Of a stretch of DNA of 32,000 nt, positions 8,174 to 16,285 are shown in pieces. Positions within the stretch are counted from its first letter, which is position 1; the number at the start of each line of letters is the position of its first letter. A model generated the notes under the pieces. It saw only the letters and a program-made list of their open reading frames with translations. It was not told where the DNA came from and did no database searches. The position numbers and the translations under genes were made by a program. Source of the DNA: Bacillus subtilis subsp. subtilis str. 168 (GTDB taxonomy: Bacteria; Bacillota; Bacilli; Bacillales; Bacillaceae); NCBI RefSeq assembly GCF_000009045.1, contig NC_000964.3, positions 2,790,001-2,822,000 on the forward strand, read 5' to 3'.

Positions 8174-10810
8174 TTATAAAACGGATTTCACCCAATCTTC
8201 TACAGAAGCCAAAGCTTCTTCTAATTTTTCCGGCTGTTTACCGCCTGCCTGCGCCATGTCCGGACGGCCTCCGCCGCCTCCGCCGCAAACTTCCGCAGCT
8301 TGTTTAACCAGCTTGCCGGCGTGAAGTCCTTTCTCAATGAGGTCCTTTGTGACTCCGGCAGAGATATTAACTTTATCGTTTTGTACCGCACCAAGCACGA
8401 TCACCGCAGAGCCAAGCTTTGCTTTGAGTTCATCGACCATAGTGCGGAGATGATTCATGTCTTTTGCATTTACTTTTGCCGCAAGCACGTTTACGCCGTC
8501 AACTTCTTTTACTTTCGACAGGATTGCTCCTGCTTCCACGTTGCCTAGTTTTGCAAGAAGAGATTCATTTTCTCTTTGTGCATCCTTCAGTTCAGCCTGC
8601 AGAGCCGCGACCCGTTTCGGCACTTCTTTGATATTTGTTTTCAGCTCGTCAGCGGTCTGCTTCAATACAGAAATCTGGCTGTTCATTTCGACGTAAGCGC
8701 CTTGTCCCGTTACAGCTTCAATCCGTCTTGTGCCTGCTCCGATTCCGGATTCAGAAACGATTTTAAACAAGCCGATTTCTGCTGTATTTCTGACGTGGCA
8801 GCCGCCGCACAGCTCTAAGCTGTAATCTCCAACTTGAACGACACGGACAATATCGCCATATTTTTCGCCGAACAGTGCCATCGCACCCATTTCTTTTGCT
8901 TCAGCGATCGGTTTCAAATCAATGCTGACCGGGATGCTCGCCCAGATCTTTTCGTTTACGATTCTTTCAATTTGTTCGAGCTCTTCTTTTGTCACTTGGC
9001 CAAAGTGCGAGAAGTCAAAACGAAGGCGGTTTTCCGTTACAAGAGAGCCCGCCTGATTGACATGAGTTCCAAGAACATCTTTTAGAGCCTGATGCAATAA
9101 ATGCGTTGCCGTGTGGTTTTTAATGACGCCGCTTCTCATATGGTCTTCAACTTCAGCCGTAACATGCAGGCCTTTTTGAACAGTACCGCTCTCCACAACA
9201 CCTTCATGCACATGCTGGCCGTTCGGCGCTTTTTGAACATCTTTAATTCTTACAACTGCCTGCTCGCTTCGGAGATAGCCTTTGTCGCCGATTTGGCCGC
9301 CGCTTTCTGCATAGAACGGTGTTTCATCAAGAATGATTTGAACGCTTTCTCCTTCATGAGCCTCTTCGATTAATTGGCCGTCCTGAAGAAGCACAATGAT
9401 ATTGGCATCAGCTTTGGTTTGAGAGTAGCCGACAAATGTGCTTTCAACTGTCACGTCGCGCAGTGCGCCGCCCTGCACCTGCATGCTGCCGACATCCTGG
9501 CGGGCGTTTCTTGCCCGTTCACGCTGCTGGTTCATTTCCTCCTCAAAGCCCTCATGGTCAACCGTCATGTTCTCGTCTTCTGCGTATTCTTCAGTCAATT
9601 CAACCGGGAATCCATACGTATCATACAGTTTAAACACATCAGCACCTGAGATAACGCTGCTGCCCTTGTCTTTTTCTTTTTTGATCATTTCTGACAGGAT
9701 CGCAAGCCCTTCATTAAGGGTCTCATGGAAGCGTTCTTCCTCGGTTTTAATGACTTTTGCGATGAAATCCGCTTTCTCTTTCACTTCAGGATAGAAATCA
9801 GCCATGATTTCTGCGACAACCGGCACTAAATCAAACATGAACGGACGATGGATGTTGATCGTTTTGGCATAACGCACGGCACGGCGTAATAAGCGTCTTA
9901 ATACATAGCCGCGGCCTTCATTTGACGGCAGCGCACCGTCACTGACAGCAAAGGCAACCGTTCTGATATGGTCAGCAATCACTTTAAACGCAGTGTCTTT
10001 CACATTGTCTTTGCCATATGTTTCACCAGAAATCGATTCTGTTGCTTTAATGATCGGAACAAACAAATCGGTGTCAAAGTTTGTCGGAACATTCTGGATG
10101 ACAGACACCATTCTTTCAAGACCCATGCCTGTATCAATATTTTTCTTTGGAAGCGGTGTGTACGTGCCGTCAGGGTTATGGTTGAACTCTGAGAACACAA
10201 GGTTCCATACTTCCAGGTAACGGTCGTTTTCCCCGCCTGGGTAAAGCTCCGGATCTTCTGGATCATTACCGTATGCTTCACCGCGGTCGTAAAAGATTTC
10301 CGTATTCGGTCCGCTCGGCCCTTCACCGATATCCCAGAAGTTCCCTTCCAGACGGATAATTCTTTCTTCAGGAATACCGATTTTTTTCGCCCAAAACTCA
10401 TATGCCTCTTCATCTTCAGGATGAACCGTAACAGAGAGAAGCTCTTTGTCGAAGCCAATCCACTTGTCGCTCGTTAAAAACTCCCAAGCCCATGTAATGG
10501 CTTCTTCTTTGAAATAATCGCCGATGGAAAAGTTTCCGAGCATTTCAAAGAAAGTGTGATGGCGCGCAGTTTTACCTACATTTTCTATATCGTTTGTTCT
10601 GATCGCTTTTTGAGCGTTTACGATTCTTGGATTTTCCGGCACGACACGGCCGTCAAAATATTTTTTCAGCGTCGCAACACCGCTGTTGATCCAAAGCAGT
10701 GAAGGATCCTCATGAGGCACTAATGACGCGCTTGGCTCTACCGCATGTCCTTTTTCTTTAAAGAAATCCAAAAACATTTGACGCACTTCCGCAGAAGTTA
10801 AGTGTTTCAT
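8174..10810 (-). CDS. alaS: Alanine--tRNA ligase (878 aa)
   Basis: Class II AlaRS core, editing-domain motifs HTATHLLH and CGGCH, and a C-terminal GGGGGRP segment. SD AGGAGG lies 7 nt upstream. Confidence 0.99.
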   Translation of the reverse strand: MKHLTSAEVRQMFLDFFKEKGHAVEPSASLVPHEDPSLLWINSGVATLKKYFDGRVVPENPRIVNAQKAIRTNDIENVGKTARHHTFFEMLGNFSIGDYFKEEAITWAWEFLTSDKWIGFDKELLSVTVHPEDEEAYEFWAKKIGIPEERIIRLEGNFWDIGEGPSGPNTEIFYDRGEAYGNDPEDPELYPGGENDRYLEVWNLVFSEFNHNPDGTYTPLPKKNIDTGMGLERMVSVIQNVPTNFDTDLFVPIIKATESISGETYGKDNVKDTAFKVIADHIRTVAFAVSDGALPSNEGRGYVLRRLLRRAVRYAKTINIHRPFMFDLVPVVAEIMADFYPEVKEKADFIAKVIKTEEERFHETLNEGLAILSEMIKKEKDKGSSVISGADVFKLYDTYGFPVELTEEYAEDENMTVDHEGFEEEMNQQRERARNARQDVGSMQVQGGALRDVTVESTFVGYSQTKADANIIVLLQDGQLIEEAHEGESVQIILDETPFYAESGGQIGDKGYLRSEQAVVRIKDVQKAPNGQHVHEGVVESGTVQKGLHVTAEVEDHMRSGVIKNHTATHLLHQALKDVLGTHVNQAGSLVTENRLRFDFSHFGQVTKEELEQIERIVNEKIWASIPVSIDLKPIAEAKEMGAMALFGEKYGDIVRVVQVGDYSLELCGGCHVRNTAEIGLFKIVSESGIGAGTRRIEAVTGQGAYVEMNSQISVLKQTADELKTNIKEVPKRVAALQAELKDAQRENESLLAKLGNVEAGAILSKVKEVDGVNVLAAKVNAKDMNHLRTMVDELKAKLGSAVIVLGAVQNDKVNISAGVTKDLIEKGLHAGKLVKQAAEVCGGGGGGRPDMAQAGGKQPEKLEEALASVEDWVKSVL

Positions 10811-11108
10811 TGTATTTCCTCCTCTATAAAAATCGAAATTCTCTTCAGTGACAGCAAAAAAGCCCTCCCCCTATGCAAACCAACGTTTACACAGGGACGA
10901 GAGCTGTCTCGCGGTACCACCCTGATTACGGGCATTCATGCGCCCGTCACCTTTAACCCTGTAACGCAGGATAAGCGGCAGTGATTAACTGCACTCAGGA
11001 TTAGCTTCCTCCGATCTTCTGATAAAGCTCCTTTCAGCTTATGGAGCTTCTCTCTTTAACAGGGCTTCGGCGTACTCAGATCCGTCACTCGAGATTCGTA
11101 TGTATTCT
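10811..11108 (-). promoter_or_regulatory. T-box leader (tRNA-Ala sensing) of alaS
   Basis: On the minus strand the elements are AGAGAG (AG bulge), GCUGAAAG (distal loop) and GAA-GCU-A, where the specifier GCU is the complement of 11003-11005. The T-box motif AGGGUGGUACCGCG is the complement of 10910-10924. The terminator is at 10856-10904 (GCUCUCGUCCCU...AGGGGGAGGGC plus UUUUUU). Confidence 0.92.
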
Positions 11109-11115
11109 ACGAGAA

Positions 11116-11144
11116 ATTATAGACAAGCGGCACGCCGATGTCAA
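11116..11144 (-). promoter_or_regulatory. Consensus sigma-A promoter of the alaS leader (TTGACA-17 nt-TATAAT)
   Basis: -35 is the complement of 11139-11144, -10 is the complement of 11116-11121, and the spacer is exactly 17 nt. Both hexamers match consensus perfectly. Confidence 0.85.
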
Positions 11145-12202
11145 TGCTCCGTCCTCATCCGCAAAAAATGGATCATCATTACTTTTAAAACAGCCGTCGC
11201 AGGAACAGCCAGAATCATCCCGACGATACCCGCAAGCTCCCCTCCGGCAAGGAGTGCAAGCATGATAACGACCGGATGCATTTTAAGGCTTCTGCCGACA
11301 ATGAACGGACTGAGGATATTTCCTTCCATAAACTGCAGAATAAACACCGTAATCACCACAACAAGAACCGCCTTGACTGAGATCGTCATCGCAATTAACA
11401 ACGCAGGAACAGCTCCGATGAAAGGGCCAAAATACGGGATGACATTCGTTACCCCAGAGATAAGGCCAAGTATCAGCGGATACGGAAGCCCAAATACCCA
11501 GAACGAAATGCCTGCAATCACGCCAAGAATCAAGCAGACCAAAAGCTGGCCGCGGATATAATCGCCAAGCGAATCATCCACATCCCGCAAAAAGGCGCTG
11601 CCCCGCTTTCTCCACGACTTCGGAGTCAAGTACCATACTGTCTTTTTCATTAACTCAATGTCCTTCACCATATAAAACACGAGAAAAGGGATTGTTGCAG
11701 CAATTAAGAAGTAATCAAGCACATTGCGGATCCCGCTGATCGCACCCTCGATCGTTCCCGCAAAAAACGCCTCCGTCTGGCGGATCATTTTATCTATACG
11801 GTGATGCATACCATCAGGCCAGTCATCCGTATGGTTATGCACATGAAGAAGAAGCCCGTTATACGTTTCGGCAAACATGGGTATATTTTCTGACAAATCC
11901 GTCAGCTGCACGATTAAAACAGGCACCCCTTTATACAACGCCCAGCCAATCCCGCCAAAAAAAAGAACATAAATGACCAAGATGCTCAAAGTCCTAGGCA
12001 ATCCTTTGCCATGCAGCCATTCTGTGACCGGAAGCAATAAATAAGATATAAAAATAGAAATGATCAAGGGAATAAAGATCGTTTTTATGACGAGCCAAAA
12101 GGGTGACCATAACATATCAAGCATAAAAAAGACATAGACTGTTAACAGAACCAGCAAACAAATAGCCACCCACAACAAAAGCTGCACCGGTTTTTGGAGC
12201 AT
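11141..12202 (-). CDS. yrrI: AI-2E/PerM-family membrane transporter (353 aa)
   Basis: Polytopic membrane protein of about 8 hydrophobic segments with the family-typical C-terminal region GELAGIVGMILAVP. SD GGTGAGGTGA is present. Confidence 0.88.
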   Translation of the reverse strand: MLQKPVQLLLWVAICLLVLLTVYVFFMLDMLWSPFWLVIKTIFIPLIISIFISYLLLPVTEWLHGKGLPRTLSILVIYVLFFGGIGWALYKGVPVLIVQLTDLSENIPMFAETYNGLLLHVHNHTDDWPDGMHHRIDKMIRQTEAFFAGTIEGAISGIRNVLDYFLIAATIPFLVFYMVKDIELMKKTVWYLTPKSWRKRGSAFLRDVDDSLGDYIRGQLLVCLILGVIAGISFWVFGLPYPLILGLISGVTNVIPYFGPFIGAVPALLIAMTISVKAVLVVVITVFILQFMEGNILSPFIVGRSLKMHPVVIMLALLAGGELAGIVGMILAVPATAVLKVMMIHFLRMRTEH

Positions 12203-12357
12203 CTGCTTTCACCTCACCTATATCTTTTGAGGTTTACAAGGAATTATTCTTTATGTTTCTTTAGTCAGTCAGAAGTCATGGACATTTTTTCACTTTTAAT
12301 TTTCAGAAAAGTTTGATCATTTACTTTTTGGTCAAATTTTCTGATAGGAGGATTGCG

Positions 12358-13086
12358 ATGATCACATTTCAAAATGTAAACAAGCATTACGGAGATTTTC
12401 ACGTGTTAAAACAAATTAATCTTCAAATCGAAAAAGGTGAAGTCGTTGTTATCATCGGCCCATCCGGTTCCGGTAAAAGCACATTGCTCAGATGCATCAA
12501 CAGACTTGAGTCGATCAATGAGGGAGTGCTTACAGTAAACGGCACCGCCATTAACGACAGAAAAACTGATATCAATCAAGTGCGGCAAAATATCGGGATG
12601 GTGTTTCAGCACTTTCATTTATATCCGCATAAAACAGTGCTGCAGAACATCATGCTGGCTCCGGTAAAAGTGCTTAGACAATCACCTGAACAAGCAAAGG
12701 AAACGGCGCGGTACTATCTTGAAAAAGTCGGCATCCCAGACAAGGCTGACGCCTATCCTTCCCAGCTTTCCGGCGGGCAGCAGCAGCGTGTTGCCATCGC
12801 AAGAGGACTGGCGATGAAGCCGGAGGTCATGCTGTTTGACGAGCCGACATCAGCACTTGATCCTGAAATGATCGGTGAGGTGCTAGATGTCATGAAAACA
12901 CTCGCCAAAGAAGGCATGACAATGGTTGTCGTGACACACGAAATGGGGTTTGCCAAAGAAGTTGCCGACCGGATTGTCTTCATTGACGAAGGAAAAATTT
13001 TAGAAGAAGCAGTGCCGGCTGAATTTTACGCGAACCCGAAGGAAGAACGGGCCCGCTTATTCTTAAGCCGTATTTTAAATCATTAA
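12358..13086 (+). CDS. glnQ: Glutamine ABC transporter ATP-binding protein (242 aa)
   Basis: Walker [10 protein letters not shown], signature LSGGQQQR and Walker B MLFDEPTS. The ATG at 12358 follows SD AGGAGG; the track start at 12313 has no SD. Confidence 0.95.
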   Translation: MITFQNVNKHYGDFHVLKQINLQIEKGEVVVIIGPSGSGKSTLLRCINRLESINEGVLTVNGTAINDRKTDINQVRQNIGMVFQHFHLYPHKTVLQNIMLAPVKVLRQSPEQAKETARYYLEKVGIPDKADAYPSQLSGGQQQRVAIARGLAMKPEVMLFDEPTSALDPEMIGEVLDVMKTLAKEGMTMVVVTHEMGFAKEVADRIVFIDEGKILEEAVPAEFYANPKEERARLFLSRILNH

Positions 13087-13107
13087 AACAGAAATGGGGG
13101 AGCTTGT

Positions 13108-13929
13108 ATGAAAAAGATTTTTTCTTTAGCATTGATTTCTTTATTCGCTGTCATCTTGCTTGCCGCTTGCGGCAGCAAGGGATCAAACGGAGAAGCCTCA
13201 AAGGAGAGCAAAAAAGATACGCTAGCCGCCATTAAAGACAATGACAAAATTGTCTTCGGCGTAAAAACGGACACTCGACTGTTCGGTCTTAAAAATCCAA
13301 GCTCAGGTGAGATTGAGGGTTTTGATATTGATATTGCTAAACAAATCGCTAAAGACATTTTAGGTGATGAGAAAAAAGCTCAATTTAAAGAGGTCACCTC
13401 AAAAACAAGGATTCCTATGCTGCAAAACGGGGATATCGACGCCATTGTCGCCACAATGACGATCACTGAAGAACGAAAAAAGGAAGTTGACTTTTCTGAT
13501 GTCTATTTCGAGGCCGGGCAATCGCTTCTCGTGAAAAAAGGCAGCAAAATCAAGAGTGTCGAGAATCTTGGCAAAGGCTCAAAAGTTCTTGCAGTAAAAG
13601 GCTCCACCTCCTCTCAAAACATTCGTGAAAAGGCGCCTGAAGCATCTGTTTTAGAATTTGAAAACTACGCAGAAGCCTTTACAGCCCTTAAATCGGGGCA
13701 AGGCGATGCCCTCACCACAGATAATGCAATTTTATATGGAATGGCTGATGAAAATAAAAATTATCAATTAACAGGAAAGCCTTTTACAGATGAGCCTTAC
13801 GGGATCGCCGTGAAAAAAGGGCAATCTGCTCTCGCGAAAGAAATCAACGCTTCACTTAAAAAGATGAAGTCGGATGGCAGATACGATGAAATTTATAAAA
13901 AATGGATCAAAGAAGACCCAGCTGAATAA
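13108..13929 (+). CDS. glnH: Glutamine-binding lipoprotein (273 aa)
   Basis: Signal peptide with lipobox LLAAC, and a family 3 solute-binding protein sequence. Confidence 0.93.
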   Translation: MKKIFSLALISLFAVILLAACGSKGSNGEASKESKKDTLAAIKDNDKIVFGVKTDTRLFGLKNPSSGEIEGFDIDIAKQIAKDILGDEKKAQFKEVTSKTRIPMLQNGDIDAIVATMTITEERKKEVDFSDVYFEAGQSLLVKKGSKIKSVENLGKGSKVLAVKGSTSSQNIREKAPEASVLEFENYAEAFTALKSGQGDALTTDNAILYGMADENKNYQLTGKPFTDEPYGIAVKKGQSALAKEINASLKKMKSDGRYDEIYKKWIKEDPAE

Positions 13930-13939
13930 CAACCATCCC

Positions 13940-13964
13940 GGGATGAGCAGGCGATGCTCATCCC
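13940..13964 (+). promoter_or_regulatory. Intra-operon stem-loop between glnH and glnM
   Basis: GGGAUGAGC-aggcgau-GCUCAUCCC (9 bp) followed by AAUUUG, with no real U-tract. Confidence 0.5.
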
Positions 13965-13989
13965 AATTTGATAAGGAGTGAATAGGCAG

Positions 13990-14640
13990 ATGAATGTGTC
14001 AATTCTTTTCGATAACTTCAGCATGTATATGGACGGTTTTTACCATACCTTGCTCGCAAGTGTTATCGCGCTGGCCGGCAGTTTTGTCCTCGGCGTTGCT
14101 GTAGCGGTTATGAGAATAACAGTCTTTAAGCCGCTGCAATGGCTCGGGACCGCATATGTAGAATTCATCCGCAACATCCCTCTTCTTTTAATTACCTTTG
14201 TTTTCTATTTCGGACTTCCAAACGCAGGCCTGAGGCTTGACGGTTTTCAAGCGGGAACGGTTGCTCTCACCATTTATACCTCTGCGTTTATCGCTGAAGC
14301 CATCAGAGCAGGCATCCAGTCTGTTTCAAAAGGGCAGATGGAAGCGGCACGCTCGTCAGGCTTTACCTACAGCCAAGCCATGCTCCATATCATTTTGCCG
14401 CAGGCAATCAAAATCGTCATTCCGCCTTTAGGCAATCAATTTTTAAACTTAGTCAAAAACTCTTCGATTCTTGGGGTTGTGGCCGGATTGGATCTTATGT
14501 ACCAAGCCGATTTAGTTTCGTCGAGCACACTCGTTGTATTTGATGTTTATATTTTTGTGGCGCTTTTTTACTTAGTGCTGACGATTCCGCTTAGCATCGG
14601 TGTTAACTATCTGGAAAAACGGCTGGAAAAAAGCTATTGA
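13990..14640 (+). CDS. glnM: Glutamine ABC transporter permease (216 aa)
   Basis: HisM/GlnP-type permease with an EAA-like loop EAARSSGFTYSQAM. I took the ATG at 13990 as the start; the track GTG at 13978 lies inside the SD AAGGAGTG. Confidence 0.9.
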   Translation: MNVSILFDNFSMYMDGFYHTLLASVIALAGSFVLGVAVAVMRITVFKPLQWLGTAYVEFIRNIPLLLITFVFYFGLPNAGLRLDGFQAGTVALTIYTSAFIAEAIRAGIQSVSKGQMEAARSSGFTYSQAMLHIILPQAIKIVIPPLGNQFLNLVKNSSILGVVAGLDLMYQADLVSSSTLVVFDVYIFVALFYLVLTIPLSIGVNYLEKRLEKSY

Positions 14641-14656
14641 TAAGGAGTGAGTTACA

Positions 14657-15313
14657 TTGGATTTCATCGGTGCTTATTCACAGGAGCATTTAGCGTTTTT
14701 ATGGGATGGCTTTCTCGTCACCTTGTACGTTGCTTTCATCTCCATCATTCTGAGCTTTTTCTTCGGTTTAATCGCAGGCACCCTGCGTTATGCGAAAGTT
14801 CCCGTTCTTTCTCAATTGATTGCAGTTCTCGTTGAAACGATCAGAAACCTCCCCTTGCTGTTAATTATTTTCTTTACGTTTTTTGCCCTTCCGGAAATTG
14901 GGATTAAGCTTGAAATTACAGCTGCTGCAATTACAGCACTAACGATTTTTGAATCCGCTATGCTATCTGAAATTATCCGAAGCGGACTGAAATCAATTGA
15001 CAAAGGACAAATTGAAGCGGCGCGCTCCTCCGGGCTGAGCTATACACAGACCCTGTTCTTTATCGTTATGCCGCAAGCGCTTCGCCGCATGGTTCCGCCC
15101 ATCGTAAGCCAGTTTATTTCTTTATTAAAAGATACATCGCTCGCTGTTGTGATCGCCCTGCCTGAACTGATTCACAACGCGCAAATTATTAACGGCCAAA
15201 GCGCTGACGGCAGTTATTTTTTCCCGATCTTTTTACTTGCGGCCCTTATGTATTTCGCAGTCAACTACAGCCTTTCACTCGCAGCAAGACGCCTCGAGGT
15301 CCGGCAAACATAG
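14657..15313 (+). CDS. glnP: Glutamine ABC transporter permease (218 aa)
   Basis: Paralog of GlnM with EAA loop EAARSSGLSYTQTL. TTG start lies 9 nt after AAGGAG. Confidence 0.9.
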   Translation: MDFIGAYSQEHLAFLWDGFLVTLYVAFISIILSFFFGLIAGTLRYAKVPVLSQLIAVLVETIRNLPLLLIIFFTFFALPEIGIKLEITAAAITALTIFESAMLSEIIRSGLKSIDKGQIEAARSSGLSYTQTLFFIVMPQALRRMVPPIVSQFISLLKDTSLAVVIALPELIHNAQIINGQSADGSYFFPIFLLAALMYFAVNYSLSLAARRLEVRQT

Positions 15314-15345
15314 AAAAGGATACTCTTTGGAGAGTATCCTTTTTG
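15313..15345. terminator. Bidirectional terminator shared by glnQHMP and yrrD-yrzR-yrzQ
   Basis: AAAAGGAUACUCU-uugg-AGAGUAUCCUUUUU is a perfect 12-13 bp palindrome with A/U tracts on both sides. Confidence 0.9.
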
Positions 15346-15347
15346 CA

Positions 15348-15479
15348 TTAAAACATTTTCGTAATTCTTCTTCTCATCCGCTTCATGCTTCGATTATTCA
15401 GCATGTCAGATTGAGTCGCCATTCGGTACACGAGAGCTCCGGCTCCCATTGCCAAAAGAGAAGTCATCGTCCGATTCAT
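15348..15479 (-). CDS. yrzQ: 43-aa small protein with a hydrophobic Gly/Ala helix and a strongly basic tail
   Basis: Below the ORF-track length cut-off. SD AAGGAGA (complement of 15488-15494) lies 8 nt before the ATG at 15479. The protein is MNRTMTSLLAMGAGALVYRMATQSDMLNNRSMKRMRRRITKMF. The stop lies immediately next to the terminator. The name is from memory of the 2009 re-annotation. Confidence 0.7.
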   Translation of the reverse strand: MNRTMTSLLAMGAGALVYRMATQSDMLNNRSMKRMRRRITKMF

Positions 15480-15500
15480 CCTGCGCATCTCCTTTCATGA

Positions 15501-15692
15501 TTAAAAATTGATGCTGCGTTCATCCTCAGAAAACAAATCATCCAAGCTGCTTAACGTTCCGTCTTCTTCCACCTGATGAGTTGCAATCTTCCCTTTCGCC
15601 ACTGTCAGTTCAATAAAACAGCCCCAGCAATAATATTGGTTCACGCCGATTTTGCCGATATCCTTACTTTTGCAATTCGGGCATATAAGCAT
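15501..15692 (-). CDS. yrzR: 63-aa zinc-ribbon protein (CxxC...CxxC) with an acidic tail
   Basis: MLICPNCKSKDIGKIGVNQYYCWGCFIE... carries two CxxC pairs. The SD GAGGTG overlaps the yrrD stop codon. The name is from memory. Confidence 0.75.
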   Translation of the reverse strand: MLICPNCKSKDIGKIGVNQYYCWGCFIELTVAKGKIATHQVEEDGTLSSLDDLFSEDERSINF

Positions 15693-15703
15693 ACCTCACA
15701 CCT

Positions 15704-16228
15704 CTATCCGTTCAGAACGATCTCGTCTTTCCGCACCTCGACAAGCGAATCCGCTCTTTGGATCTGGCGCTTGCTTCCCGCCAGGTCAGAAAAGAAACCG
15801 TCCGAGAGTTCATATGCTACGATTATGCCCCTGTCCAAACAAAAGTATACATCTTCCAGCATCCCCAATATATCCCCCTCTTGCGATTTCACAAGCTTCA
15901 TCTTCATCTGCTCGTATGTGAAGCATGATTTCGGAAGAGGCAAAAGCTGTTCTGAACTGACCGAAGCCAATATGCGGTCATCAAAAATGGAAGAGATATC
16001 ACACGCCCGTAATAGCGCATGATGATGATGCAAAAAGCGTTTTTGTGCAAGAATAAACCCAAGACAATCTCCTTTCAGAGAAAAACAAATATCGGAAATT
16101 GTCCCGAGATAACTAGAAGTTCGTTCTGAGTATACTGGGAATCCTTCTACTTCATGGCATGTTCTCAAAGTGTGATCAACCACCTTTTGTTGAACAGGCT
16201 TAGGTTTTGCTTTGCGCCTTAGACTCAT
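15704..16228 (-). CDS. yrrD: PRC-barrel domain protein YrrD (174 aa as drawn; start uncertain)
   Basis: Two PRC-barrel-like halves (EVEGFPVYS..., SQEGDILGMLEDVYF...). The ATG at 16228 has no convincing SD and lies 27 nt after the recD2 terminator. Confidence 0.8.
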   Translation of the reverse strand: MSLRRKAKPKPVQQKVVDHTLRTCHEVEGFPVYSERTSSYLGTISDICFSLKGDCLGFILAQKRFLHHHHALLRACDISSIFDDRILASVSSEQLLPLPKSCFTYEQMKMKLVKSQEGDILGMLEDVYFCLDRGIIVAYELSDGFFSDLAGSKRQIQRADSLVEVRKDEIVLNG

Positions 16229-16254
16229 ACGATGAAATCAATTCCACTGCAAAT

Positions 16255-16281
16255 GAAAAAAAACTCCCGCTTGCACGGGAG
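16255..16281 (-). terminator. recD2 terminator
   Basis: CUCCCG-ugcaag-CGGGAG followed by UUUUUUUU, starting 5 nt after the recD2 stop. Confidence 0.85.
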
Positions 16282-16285
16282 CATT

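Noticed and set aside
8260-8290. GC-rich near-repeat ggcctccgccgcctccgccgc inside alaS
   Set aside because: It simply encodes the conserved GGGGGRP segment of the AlaRS C-terminal domain. It is not a repeat element.
10000-10458. 152-aa minus-strand ORF inside alaS in an alternative frame
   Set aside because: It overlaps the AlaRS catalytic domain out of frame, has odd basic composition and has no SD. The AlaRS frame is the conserved one.
11100-11561. 153-aa plus-strand ORF antisense to the 3' part of yrrI
   Set aside because: It is an antisense shadow of a membrane-protein gene. It begins inside the alaS promoter region without an SD and has no motif support.
12203-12357. Search for a TnrA box (TGTNA-N7-TNACA) and a clear promoter in the yrrI/glnQ divergent region; agtcagtcagaagtca micro-repeat
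   Set aside because: I found no 17-mer that fits the TnrA consensus and only weak -35/-10 candidates. The micro-repeat is too short to interpret, so I cannot support a call by eye.
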